Shown here one piece after another: positions 1 through 12,762 of a stretch of 64,000 nucleotides of DNA. Position 1 is the stretch's first letter. Each line of letters begins with the position of its first letter. Origin of the DNA: Isurus oxyrinchus (lineage: Eukaryota); assembly GCA_026770705.1 (NCBI GenBank), contig JANJGN010000013.1, forward strand, positions 41,168,001-41,232,000. The letters run 5' to 3'. Under the pieces are notes generated by a model that was not told the DNA's origin, ran no database searches, and worked only from the letters and a program-made list of their open reading frames with translations. The position numbers were made by a program, and so were the translations under genes.

Positions 1-1200
1 AACAGTACATTGCATTAACGCTGCTGGGGACTCTGGTACTTAGTATTTGTTAAAGTTAGGTCTATAAAAAATCCTGACGTGATCATACGTTCTGTAAAAC
101 ATAAAAAAGCAGGAACCATGAACAGTCATCATTCATTTCCACATATTCTACCATTTCCTTATTCGTTAAAGCTTCCAGCTTTTAGATATATCTTGATTCG
201 CCTCCTCGTCTACCTCAATAGCTTTACCCAGTTAATCTTTTAAGTTGATTGTCAAAAGGGAAAAGAACGCTGATATTTTTCAAATCAGCCACTTGCTGTT
301 CGTACCAATGATCTACTGTTTTTGACATTATACATTACCTAATAAAACAGCGGAGGATCAACTCTTGTGTCATAAATAATGCGCGGTTTAATTTATCACC
401 ATCATACGTTTTTATTAAGAAACACATAATAAATTGGGTTTCTTTGCACTTTCCAGCGCGTCGTTTCATTTACACGTTTTCATATCACACAAAGGTTGCT
501 TAAAGGCGCGCTTCCTTTAACGTCTTATATCGAATTAAGCAATTGGAAAGGCTCACATTATAGTTAGTGGGTCAGAGCATTCACCAGAGAAACGAATTCT
601 CCCAACCCCTTATGTATTTTAATTTATTCCAAAATTAGAACGTAGTTTTAATTTCTGGGTTATAATTTTTTGTAGTTGAACTTTACAAAAAAGAATGACA
701 AGATGGATAGTTGACAAAATGAAGTTCCACGGTATGGACTAAATACTATGAAGATGAGGGAATGATTCTAACTGAAGTACCCCGACTGCCCGGTTATCCA
801 AGCATTAACTTTCTGAGTTAACAATTACCAGTGATTAATGGAGGTTCCTGGTACTTGCTTCACCATGAAACCCGCCATAATTACATGATTTATTATCTAC
901 AGTGCTTTGTGCTGACCTGCACGAATCAAATCAATGAGCATATTGCAATAAACACTCCAAACAAACAGGAAACGGACACCCACCCCCGTCATTATGGGAT
1001 TGGAATTTCACGTAATTATCCCTTCATAGACCAGGGTTGGGCCACAACCACATCCCCAACCTGAAACTTTTCACTGACCCACTTTTAACGATAGTGAGGT
1101 CGGCCCCTGTGCCAAAGGCGCATAAATGACTCTTTGCTGTAACACTATTGAATAAAGAGACCTAACCATAGCAAAACTAAACTCTAATCAAGTCAAATAT

Positions 1201-1223
1201 GGGGGGGGGGGGGGGGGGGGGGG
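1201..1223 (+). repeat. Poly-G homopolymer (G23)
   Basis: Read directly. Confidence 0.9.
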
Positions 1224-2599
1224 CACATGCATACAGCAGAAACAGTGAAGACTGTGGCCTCTTACATCCCAAAATGCTATGAATACCCAACACACCCAAC
1301 ACATAGGCTGTCTAAATCATCACACACAGGCTAAAGCTTGGCTTCCATGGCCCGCGTGAATGTAAGGAGAAAGTCTCTCGTTGGTTGATGTGTTGCTAAT
1401 ACCAATCTGTGAACATTTTGGTTAACATTGAATAACCATTTTGTAAATTACCGGGTACATTATGGGATAACTTCCAGCAGTTATGTAAATGCCTTATCAC
1501 GACAGAACGCGCGTGACAACACCAATCACGGTACTTGCAAACACAAATCTGTGCAATTATACAACAGATACATAATTACAGTGGATTAGTCTGCAAATAA
1601 TAAAGGTTATAGGTAAAGAGTATATATTGGCAGACTTTCGTTGAGGTACGAATGGATTTGACAAGTAACACAAACCAAAGTGCTCAGAGTTTCAGGTGAA
1701 TCTTGGATACAGCAACTTCAGGTGAAAGCATATTTTTCAAATATCTAGCAAGCTCCTTATATTAAACATATCTGAAGCGCCGACACTCTATAAACGCTTC
1801 TCTTAATGGTGTAGCATCAATTTCCCCTCAAACCAAACGCCAGTTAATTCCAAATCCACTGCATACATTCAAATGCAGCCAAGCTAACATTTTCTAAAAA
1901 GGCAGAACTGTTTTTTTTCAACATGTAATCAAACCGCATAAACTTTGAAGAGAAACGTCAGAAAAAATAATTACAGAACTCCAAGGAGTAGAGGAGATAA
2001 TTTTATTTGCTGTAAATTTCCATACAGTTCTATCCGGAGCCCAGGAGTAGGGATATTGGGGAATTTAAACCAGCCTTTAGGCATTACAAATGACCTTTTT
2101 GGATTTGCATTTGATTAATGCTTTGTGGTGTAACAGCTGGAACAAAAAACATAAGCGACTGCTTGACAGTGCAGGTTCAGGTGAATACCTTCTCCTGTTT
2201 TAAGAAATTAGTTTGCAATACCTCGTGCAATAAACTGCATTGGCATTAATGCCGTCAAACGCTTTTGTTTTCCACTTTCTTATTTGCGTTTCTACTCCGA
2301 GTAGGTATCAATTTTCAGGTACTGCAAAAAAACCCCCCACACATCCACACAAAAGCCGTCTGTGTCTCTTCTGATGAATTTTGCTGGCCAGCTACCCGGG
2401 AGATTCATTCCTGAGTAGAAACCCATAAATCAAGAGGCAGCTCCCTATTGTATGCTACATCTTATGCAAAAAGGTGTTTCCAGTCAGTGCCAAAGGCTGC
2501 AAAATCCTATTACAACTGAGGTCATTAATTATAGAAAGTCGACAAAACTGAATCCTGCTATTTTTCACCGAAAGCTTGAAAAATTATACGGCAGCTCTT

Positions 2600-2885
2600 C
2601 AAAACACACACAAGCGCGCAGATCGCAGACATACACGTACGTACACGAAGTACATGCCAGTACGACCGTTCATAGTACACAAACATAGGTGCACACAAAT
2701 ACACGCAGTCTGTAACAAAGGCATATCACATCTTAACATGAACTAAAGCACACTCATACAGGACACACTTGGAGTGCACACACTCACACAGTTCATCTCA
2801 TACACGCGCTCTTTCTCTCGCTCAGACTTGCTCACTCACATGCCCCTCCTCCCAATACCCAAAGACACATATGACACGCACATAT
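2600..2885 (+). repeat. Degenerate (CA)-rich low-complexity tract
   Basis: Interrupted ACAC/ACATAC runs; a similar tract lies at 29205-29330. Confidence 0.6.
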
Positions 2886-4970
2886 CCTAATCTTTGTGAA
2901 GTTTGCAAACAAGGAAAACAACCAAGGTTGTACTAACTACAGAATAATTTCATTGGCACCATCTACATAACCGCTTTGATCACCGTCGTCAGACAGACTG
3001 TCGGCCTAAATCCAGGAGAGATACTGGCAACCGGTAAAGAAAGCCTGCACAAATCGGTGTTCCCTGAAAATGGAATCCGTTTCTTAAATGGGGCACCATT
3101 TGGAGCACAAAATTGAACACAATGAAGTTTATGTCAACATTTGTTTTAGATTTGTCATGTAATGTTCATAGAGTATTTATACTGTACCTTCACGCCAGAA
3201 CATCTGCACGCGAATGCTGATAATATAACTTATTTCAGATTGGGTTATTATATTCATGCACATTTAAGAATTTGAAACACATAGAGAGCACAATGCTCTC
3301 CCTTCAGACCAAAGCATGGTCATAACATTTTCATTGTTTTAGGGCATTCACGAATGGAACTAGCCTTGGAAAAAGATTTGCATAAATCTACTGACTCAAT
3401 CTAAGGTGAACAGATGATTTACAGAAATCCCAAAAAGCTAACAGAAATCACCGTGTAGTCAGGGGAATACCATTACAAGGCTGGGGTTCCCAATGTAAAC
3501 TTGGGGTTAAATCTTGTACGAGACACTTGGATAATGTACATTTAAGTCATTAGTCTTCATAAAGCTTCTCGACTATTCCCTTTCCGTCCACACCATTGGG
3601 GTTCATTTGATTGATGGCTCATTGATGATAAACCCAACACAGCTTAAACACTCTTACAATTAATATGTCCAATTGGAAACTAGGTTGCAAAGATTCTGAA
3701 GGAAATTACAGTACAATATTAAATATACTTCGCTTCCTGTGAAGTAGTATCAGTGAAAACATTTAAGCTAATACTGACAACAAGGCGCTGTTGGTGGTTG
3801 GCCTCTGAACTGCATTTTCAAACATGGTATTGGTCTGCACTTGACTAAAAAAATGCACGCACGTGGTGCATTGGTGTTATTTTAGTTCGAAGAAATTACT
3901 GATAGGTTAAATATCATATCTCCATTTTGGTAAAATAGATCTGTGAAAGAACGAAAATATCGAAAAGGAGAACATGCGGCAGCTCGCTCATCATCTCCCC
4001 ACAATCATTAGTCTGGAGCCACCCTTTTACCTGCTCTATTTACAACTCTTACTGGCGGCCCATCTAACATTAACCGAAAATTCTGCCCTTCGCCACCTAT
4101 TCTTTTTTTTACCAGGTGTATCAAGGAGGTTCTTCAGGAGTGCTGCAAAACACAGAATGAGATTTTTTTTTAAATTGCGTTCAGTTCATGAGAACAATCT
4201 AACATTTAACACAATCTAACAATTTCATTCATACAATAAATGTAAGTTGTATCCTTAGAAGTTGCTGGAATCACAGTGCCTGATTAGCAAAAAATATATT
4301 GGAGATTTTAACCGCTTCCATCGTAAAATCGTTTCACTCAACTATACCTTTGTTGGTCTTCAATTTAGCAAAATACCTCAAAAACTGAGGCCAAGTTATA
4401 TTCATTTTATAAATGGTGTTTGTAACACCTTTTAAACCATGCATACATTTAGGCATACAGGAACAAAACGACAATCAGTCATATTTAACGGCCTAAAGCG
4501 ATATATATTCGTTTTATGCCGAATTTGCAATAACGTACACAATGAGTTTGTTAGGGGACGGCCAAAGGGGCCGCCATTGAAATATTGTAACAGATTGCAG
4601 AATAAGACCTTGCATAAATATACCGCTAAGGGTTTAACCCTTCTTTTATGAGTAATGTCCACTGAGGTATCCAGTATTTTGTGCACACGGTTAGAGCAGG
4701 ATGCCTGAATGAGGCGAGATTATTACTGCATCATTTCATCAAATCTATTTGTATTTAATTTCTAGCTCTATGGATGGCATATTGCAACAGGAAGAGTGAC
4801 AATCGTTTAATCTATTATCAGTTCTGGCAGTGTAATAATGAACCATGGATACTGTGAGGTGCGGATGAGCAAATATCTACAATAAATCCCATCTCCCACC
4901 CACACTTTTCAGCATAATAGAGAATTCCCGAAATAAAGCTTTCTTATCGCCGTTTGTTAAAAAAAGGATA

Positions 4971-4976
4971 TTTATT
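4971..4976 (-). terminator. Candidate Lhx5 polyadenylation signal AATAAA (alternative at 5185-5190)
   Basis: TTTATT on + (AATAAA on -) about 620 nt downstream of the stop, within an AT-rich distal UTR; a second hexamer lies at 5185-5190. Confidence 0.5.
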
Positions 4977-5239
4977 CAAGTGTTTACTTTTTTAACATCA
5001 ATGGTGACAATTTTACAATTAATTAAAGAAATTTAAAAAGGTGTCACGTAGGAATCTCCAAGATTGTGGGATGGGAACTAACTATCCAAAGCACTAAAAG
5101 TGATTGTCATCATCGATGCCAGGTTTTCTATGACTGATGGAAACATGGATTGTCAGATGATGGTGGGTGGAAACTAAAACGATCTTTATTCACATTAACA
5201 ACAGAACCAGTAACTCTATTAATATCCAGTGCCTTCTGC

Positions 5240-5990
5240 CCACTCTCACTGCGGGGCGGTGCAAAGTGGCAGCTCCAGGTTTCCCAGCAGGCAGTTCCTC
5301 TCCCAGAGTCCCTTGCGCATACCGGATGTGCCGCCATCTTGGCGGCACGAATGACACATGCGCAATGCCAACTTCCACCTCCCTCCCCGGCGAATGAGGT
5401 CACTTGGGTGTGGGAGAGGGAGGGAGCGGGTGGGGGAGGGGGTTCCCCCCCACCCCCCACCCCTCCCTCCCTCACCGCGCTTTACTGCTCCGGGGGGCTG
5501 TGACGAAGTGTTTGGAGAGAGGTGAAAGTTCAGTGACTTTAATGCCAGAGCCGCAGTGATCATTGCCGTTGACTGAGCCGAGCGGAGTCGCCCTCACCAG
5601 ACCGCCGTCTCATTCAGCTCCTGACTCGGATGTGAGAGCGGCCCGCTGTAGCCACTGTTGCTGGACATGGAGAAGGGCGGGCTGGGTCCTCCGCTGAACA
5701 CTTCGCCCGGGATCGGGTGCAGCGGCCCGGTCATACCTGGCTCGGGGCTCGGGGTGTCAGGGTGGGAAATCATGTCCGTATACCTTTGGTTTTCGCTGCC
5801 ACCGATAGTGGGAGGATGGTGGCCGGATAAGGGAGGTTCAAGTACTCCGAGTGAGGTCCCCCCAGGTCCTGAGGACTGCATGTAGCCGGAATCCGCCGGC
5901 GAGTGTGCTTGAGAGGATGGTGGACCGTGCGGGAAAAAGTCATAATTCGCAGCTGGGCCGTAGTAGTCGCCCTGATAATCTGCGTGGGAT
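5240..5990. promoter_or_regulatory. CpG island over the last exon and proximal 3'UTR of Lhx5
   Basis: Visibly GC- and CpG-rich relative to its flanks; contains a GC box (5251-5260) and ETS, YY1 and NRF1-like motifs. Confidence 0.6.
5594..5979 (-). CDS. lhx5: Lhx5 coding exon 5 (C-terminal Pro/Ser-rich region, stop)
   Basis: Acceptor CTCTTTTTATCCCACGCAG|AT at 5980|5979; encodes DYQGDYYGP...ELNETAVW followed by TGA at 5596-5594. Confidence 0.95.
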
Positions 5991-8900
5991 AAAAAGAGAA
6001 ACGGGTTTACCTTTGCAGTTAGGTTCCAATTTAATTCATTCAGCATAATCATTTCTATGGGATTCTTCAAAATAAGGCACAATTTCATCTTACATTCCAG
6101 GAACATTTCTTTACCACCCCACCACTCGTGTACCGTTTAGATTAAAAAGATGTACAGAAATGTGATTCGGTTGTCCATTTAGATGAAATGAAAAAATACA
6201 TTCAGTTTAAAATATTACCAGAAGTTAAATTAAAATGACTTGATTCAGTCCTCCAGTGAGGACTTGTTTCTTCCCATCCATCATAATCACAAGTAAACGT
6301 TATCAACTGCACACTCAGGAGTGTGGTTCTCATGCTCTCACTAGCAAATGCAGCTCAGAAGTATGACGCTAGCTTGATTGAAAACTTTACTGTAGACTTT
6401 AGTTTCCTACTTCTTGGTCGACGTTTAAAATGCAGGGCCAATCACAGTGTGCAAACAATTCGTGCATGACATGCTTTCGCATTCATTCTGAAAAGGCAAC
6501 ATCTTTCGGATTTTATAATCAGATGTGTAAAGTGACCATGATTAGAATGTTACTCTTCGCTTTCTAGACCCTATTCCCACGCAGAGCAAATATGATTTGC
6601 GATTTACTATTATTCATCATGTGGTCATTATTACTTTCAACTAATATGAGTGACCTGATAGGAATGTAAATCCATTGATTTACCGGTTACAAATTAAAGT
6701 TAGTTTTGAAAAATGTTTGGACGGCTGATTAAAAATTACTGAAGTAAAGAATTTTAGCAATATTTGTAGTTTTAGAAGGACTGATTACTATTAATGGTAG
6801 AAGACAAAATACGGAAACTTAAACGCTAGCATTCAAATGATACTTCCTGGTCTTATGATTTGCTACATCAATCTTGTAACAAAAGCCATATTGGTTTAAG
6901 CGAAGTGTTAGTTTAAGTAAAATCTGATGTCACTACATATCTATAAAATCTAATGTTTGTACATGAAGGTGTCAAGTATGATACCATAGATTCCAAAGGT
7001 ATATAAATAGACAAAAAGCACAACCACAGAATTGATTTTTGCAACCTGTTGATGCTAACCCTTTGTTGATCTTACAGCCACAATTTTGATATTCCGCAAA
7101 ATTACAGCCAAATTAATAGAAAAATAGTGCCTGCTTCTGGTAAGTTTTTTTTATATAATTTATAGGAGTGCCAAAAATTTCCCTGCTGTCTAAATGCAAC
7201 TAAAAGTAATCTCTTATCTGTAAGTGATATTAGGTGTTGGCTATTTCGTGCAGTAATAAGTTTTCATATTAACACGTGACACATTTCTACCTAAAGGATT
7301 CTTAACACTTACACAACTCAGCAATGGGAGAAAATTGTAATATACTAAATGTGGATTTATATGTTAGACCATTGGGCAAAGTAATGGCAACTGTCAGCGC
7401 GGCTGCAGTCAAAATGTACTTCATATTACCACTGTACTTAACAGGGATGGATACATTTGGGAATTTCTCGTGGGTACGTAGAGTATATACTTAGAATATT
7501 ACATTTAATTCGCTAAAAATGTGAAGCACGTTGATTTTATAAAGGTACTGTTTTAAATTTGGAAGCAGACGGTTGCAGCAAACGGCAAAGAGCAGAGCCG
7601 TGGCGCTCTGCAAGTGACCCTCCATATGCTCCAAGAGTTCGAGGTAATTGGAACAAATCCTGGGTGAATATCCGACAAAAGACTGCAGCTGTAGCTTTGT
7701 TCGCGGAAACACAAGAGAAAGTGCACGCTGAATGGGCTAGGCTTCTCTTCAAAAAGACAGCTTCATCACAATGCATTGCTTTATCGGGCGCAACTTGGCC
7801 AGCGCCGGAGCGGAATCTCTTACGGGGGGTTGGGGGGCGGGGTGGGGGGGGGGGGGGGGGGGGGGATTAAAGAGCTCAACAGGCTGCGATCATTCACTCA
7901 ATAATACCCGTGCAGATGCCACAAAACGAGTGAGAAAGTCATAGCAACCGAGCACCTTAGACCACTCGGGTCGTACGCACGTAAAGGACGTAAACTAAGC
8001 GGTTATCAATTGAACTCTTGGGTTATATCTGGAGCTATTGCGACGGTTCGCAAAAAACCCCCACAATGCTTAAAGGTTCCAGTGAAATATCTAGATAGCA
8101 AAAGATTTCAAGAAAAGATGCCTGGGGAATGGAGGTGATCATTATATAAACAAATGATTCAGGCAATGCAAAGTGACAAACGCACATCTGAACTGTCCTT
8201 CCCCTGAGTGATTGATGTATCTGGGTTCTTTGTAAAGCTCAAAAACTATGGCATTTTGTAGCAAAGGAGTTCAAACTATTTTTGCCTTGTCCGCATTAAT
8301 GCGGTTAAACATGAAATAAAATCCCGAGACAGGAGACAACTCCAGACTCAGCAAATTCGAATCGGCCGATAACCTAGATGTAAAGCAGGAGCCTCCTTTG
8401 CAGCCGAATTACAAAGGGACCTGTCCGACTGTGCTTCGCGTTTAACGTTCTGATTGTGAAGAAAATCAGAATAGATTGTGGCAATTTAACGCCGAGAGGT
8501 GACATACAAACTCCACGTCCCAATGAAAACAAAGGAGGAAGGAGAGAAAACAGTGATATTACAGCACCTGGCAAAATAAAGTGGCCCTATCCAAACACTC
8601 TTTAACAGCAGATAAACTCTTTTGGAAGTTGAATGTTGTGAAAGTACCTCCATAGTAATTGTAGGGAGCAGAGCCCATCATTTCCGATTCGTCCAGGCGC
8701 CCTCCCAAAGGACGCATGCGCCTGGGACTTCGGAAGAAAGCGTGCCGCCGTGCACCCAGAGCACTCAACTGCTTCATCCGCCTCTCTTTAGATCTTCTGT
8801 TCTGAAACCAGACCTGCCAAAACAATGGCCCGCTCTTTAATGGAAATATAGCATGTGCGTTTAATAACACCTACGTAAACAATGAAGAATAGGACAGCCC

Positions 8901-11900
8901 AGTTCATGGAAATAACTTTCTTTCTGTGTCTGTTGATTAAACCAATACCTTTCCATTGTGTGTAGAAAATTGACGTTGCAAGCAATAACTTAACACTTAA
9001 CCAGGATAGAGCCAAACCCTTTTATTTTAAAAAAGTTTGAAAAGTGAACAATTTGATGATGAAAACGTTCTAACAATTCTGACAGGCTTAAAAGATTGAC
9101 GTTAGGAGGAAATCGATCGCGTCAGGAAGGATCTTAAAAAGCGTTAAGTGTAAATGCTATGGGTAAAAACAAAGCAACAGATTGATTATGTGTGTGCAGG
9201 GAATTAGTCTGGGCATTGAGCATAATAGCATTGTGTTCATCCAGTGCCCGCACTCTCTCAGTGGTGCCCGTGCACAACTGAACTGTCCTTTACACATTTA
9301 AAGTTTAATGTGAATCCTTGAAAGGCGTCCTGGGATAAAATGAAACGCAAATACTTTGTGGATTAAGCGTTCCTCCTATAAACCAACATTTTTAACAAAG
9401 TATATTTGATTCGAAATATTTGCACCTTTGCTTAAACATCAAAACGTTTCTTTAAAAACAGTAAAGCTGAGAGTGATGATTACTGTAACAGGTAAAGTGG
9501 TTCAGGGCCGAAAAAGCAACGACATGGTGGTACCTGAATAACCCGCATGTTGAGGCCTGTTTCCTGAGCAAGTTGCTCCCTGATGTGTCGGGTGGGCTTC
9601 GGGGTAGCGGCGAAAGCGGCCTTTAATGTTTCTAACTGCTTTGCTTTAATGGTGGTTCGGGGTCCTCTCCGCTTGGTACCCATGCTCTGCTCCTCGTTCT
9701 CATTATTCTGCGTCTCTTTGTCTGACGAGGTGGAATTGTCCGTTTCCTTTGTATCATCCAGATTCTGGTCTTGGATATCAGGCGATAAACTCCGATCTGT
9801 ACACGAAGATACTGAAAGACACAAACGGCTTTTATTAACCTGTCAGAAGCAGGCTTCCGTGAAAGCTGCTATTGACGTTTCACCAGCAGGAAAAGGACAA
9901 ACTATATAACATCGGCCAGTATTACCCTGGAAGAGAGATGACTTTCCAACAAGCACAATGTAATAATCCAAATCATTAGCTACAATTTTAACATATCTCC
10001 AATAGGATGTGAACAGATGCGCTTCCCCGAAACACGTGTTTAATATTTTCATTTTGGTTTTAGTTCCCCATTAAAAAGCTTTGAGAGGTTATTTTCATTT
10101 TTAACGAAATGTTTTATTTTGTGTATTTTCACATCATGCAGTTGCAATTTCATACGGATCAGAACTTCCAGAAGAGGATACTGTGTTTGTAAAATGGAGT
10201 GATCTTTGATTTTGACTTTATACTACACCCAAGTACAAATGGAGAACCTGAGACGTATTCTGGCACATGATGCCCTTATGCAATAAATGATCTCAAAATC
10301 TTCTTGTAAATAGAGCATCAAACGCGCGGCATGTGGTCAAAGTATATAGGATTTTTGCATTGCCCCGGAAAGAGGCCATGAGGATTGTATAAAGTTTCCC
10401 ATTACACAAGACCAGGGAAAAGAGGAGCCAAGGGGCGAAATGTATTAAGGTGTTTTAAATTAGTGACGCCTCATAAGGGAGGAAGACAGGTAAAATCAAC
10501 ACCCGTCTTCCATTAACATTAGGTGTTGATACAAGTACGGGCCTTACCTGAATTTAAGTTGGTATCTTTTAAACTGTTGGTGCTCAAATAGTCTTCTTTG
10601 CACACAAATTTGTTTTCATCGATAATATATAGTTCCTCTCCAGTCGACAGTTGTTTATTACAAACCATACACGTAAAGCAGTTTAAGTGAAAGACTTTGT
10701 TTCTTGCTTTTCTTACGAGATCACTAGGAGAGATACCTTGACAACATCCCGCACATTTCGTACCAAACCGCCTGTAAACAGAAATGGGCGCCATGTAAAT
10801 ATATATCACCTCCTTAATTAAATAAGCCTTTACCATCTCATTGAGAAAATTGTGTAATTAGGACAATCACGAGGACCTAATAATTATAAGCAGTTCTTCG
10901 AAACTGACAACTGCTTCGCTTATGGGAAGCGAACAAAGTGTCTTCGGCAACGGATCAGTTTATTCCTTCTGTTATGAATAAAATGCGTTTCAAGAAGACT
11001 TGAAGAGGGCTCTCATTTGCATTTAAATTGTCTTCACTTGCACCTCACTGTTTAATGCTTGCTGTGAAAGTATCCTTCTGTCCTTATTTGAAGAACAAAA
11101 AAGCTCCTTTTGAATTATGAATAGATCCTATTACTCGTTATAATTAATGTAGAATGGAAACACGATAGCAAACCACAAGTGAGAATGGATCATGAAATAG
11201 TCCATAATGACAAAATTAAAATATAGAGTTAGAATATCAAAATGACCATTGCCCTTAGAGGTGAACGCATTAGATTGTATAAGAGGTCTGCGATATACAT
11301 AGACGCATGCATATATATTCACTGAGAAAAGTAAGTGATATGGAAGATACTTGTGAACATAGTCCCCTGATGTTTAACTTGAGCGAAAGTTTGTTTTTCA
11401 ATTATTACTATTTTGAGTTGATTGGTTGTGGGTCGGAGAAAATGCAGGGGATTCCGGGACAGGATTTGACAGAGGCCAACAGCCTCCAACCTCTATTTCT
11501 CTGAGGCTAGAACACCAAAAGTCAGGCATAGCCCGACACTATCCCTGTCATTTCTTGCCGCATCCTCAAAAGCACAGCTGCCATATAAACCGATTTTATG
11601 ACAATGACGTTGATTTAGTAAAAGGATTAGAGATCATAAGTCATCTTTGTCTTATCCGCGAGGTGTAATTGGTTCATTTGCAGCTTAACAGAATCATTAG
11701 ATACGTTTAACGTGTTGCTGCATTAGGCGCCTTAAAAGAATCGTTGTTTGCAATTGGAAGGAGCCAGAAAGAGAAAAGTCCTATTCTTCCTATTTAAGTG
11801 CACGTCGATTAGGCCCAGTCATAAAGTGTTCTTTCCAGATACCTGCAGTTTACGTTCGTTTTTTTTAAATAAAACACGCTTTTTGCGGTATGTCCATCAC

Positions 11901-12762
11901 TTACTGAATAAATGAAAACATCATATTAAACGCCTTTGGCATTTGAATTAAAACTTGGACCGAACTTCCTTTCGCTGGCACTGCCTAAAACCTTTAAAAG
12001 TTTCCAAACTTTCGACATGCACCAGTGCGATTGTGAACAGGTCACAGTGTAGCTTGCCATATACCTGAGTCCCCGTTTAAATGTCCTCCGTGTTGGCTGT
12101 GTGTGTTGGAAGGTGCACGGAAGGTTGAATAGACCCGGAAACAATTAGATCCACTGAGCGTAACCACCAGGCTGGAAATGATAGTTACGGATGTTTAGCT
12201 AAATAGATTTAGATCGCATATTGCGGTATTGTAATCCCGGGTGAAAACAATTTGGACTGTTTCGTGTAACATCCAAAATATCATTAAAGTTCTACGGCAA
12301 TTAAGCCTTTGGAGGCCTATACGGGAATCAAAATCGAAATGTGTTTTCTTGGTTTTTGCTGCTGTTATTATTTAATTATGAGCTTTTAATTATCTTTTAA
12401 GAGTTATTTAAACTCAGCTCGATAATTGGTCTATCTGTGCGAATGGACGACACACATTCAGGGGACAGTGTTCACCGGCCTGGTGGGTTTCACATTGTCA
12501 GATGTGCTAAATAGAAACACAATCATACGTGGTGAATGTTTAAAAGGAATCCCTGTCCCTTTATAATGAGCACGGAACTTCATCGAACTCACCTGAAGAA
12601 ATCGTTTTTACAATAAAGCTTCCCTTCTCTTGAAAAGCATTTTTCAGTCAAGTTGCACTTGCATTCACAACATTGGACGCACTTGATGTGCCAGGCTCTG
12701 TCCAGCACATTTAGGAGGAACCTATCTAAAATAGGCCTCTCACAGCCAGCACAGTGCACCAT
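5594..12762 (-). CDS. lhx5: LIM/homeobox protein Lhx5, whole spliced CDS (5 exons, 407 aa)
   Basis: Exons of 170+224+278+166+386 = 1224 nt join in frame through GT-AG junctions and encode two LIM domains, a homeodomain ([10 protein letters not shown]...[11 protein letters not shown]) and a C-terminus ending ELNETAVW. Lhx5-type rather than Lhx1-type residues: [63 protein letters not shown]. Confidence 0.95.
7824..7865 (+). repeat. G-tract in Lhx5 intron 4 (G6-TT-G6-C-G4-T-G22)
   Basis: Read directly; fits a G-quadruplex pattern on the template strand. Confidence 0.85.
8648..8813 (-). CDS. lhx5: Lhx5 coding exon 4 (homeodomain helix 3 and following region)
   Basis: Acceptor TTGGCAG|GTC at 8814|8813; encodes [44 protein letters not shown]...YYG; donor GAG|GTACT at 8648|8647. 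Confidence 0.95.
9534..9811 (-). CDS. lhx5: Lhx5 coding exon 3 (linker and homeodomain N-terminal part)
   Basis: Acceptor CTTTCAG|TA at 9812|9811; encodes [12 protein letters not shown]...[18 protein letters not shown]...NMRVIQ; donor CAG|GTACC at 9534|9533. Confidence 0.95.
10548..10771 (-). CDS. lhx5: Lhx5 coding exon 2 (LIM domain 2)
   Basis: Acceptor TTTACAG|G at 10772|10771; encodes [37 protein letters not shown]...CKEDY; donor CAG|GTAAG at 10548|10547. Confidence 0.95.
12593..12762 (-). CDS. lhx5: Lhx5 coding exon 1 (LIM domain 1)
   Basis: ATG at 12762-12760 in a strong Kozak context (ACCACGATGG); encodes [17 protein letters not shown]...YCKNDFF; donor AG|GTGAG at 12593|12592. Confidence 0.95.

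Noticed and set aside
1201-1223. G23 as a functional G-quadruplex
   Set aside because: An isolated homopolymer with no supporting context; its length may be a sequencing artefact.
5128-5563. Overlapping 60-117 aa ORFs in the 3'UTR
   Set aside because: By-products of GC-rich, low-complexity sequence, with no recognisable domain or splice structure.
5594-12762. Calling the gene Lhx1
   Set aside because: The linker and C-terminal sequences ([36 protein letters not shown]) are Lhx5-type; the few Lhx1-like LIM residues are more simply ancestral.
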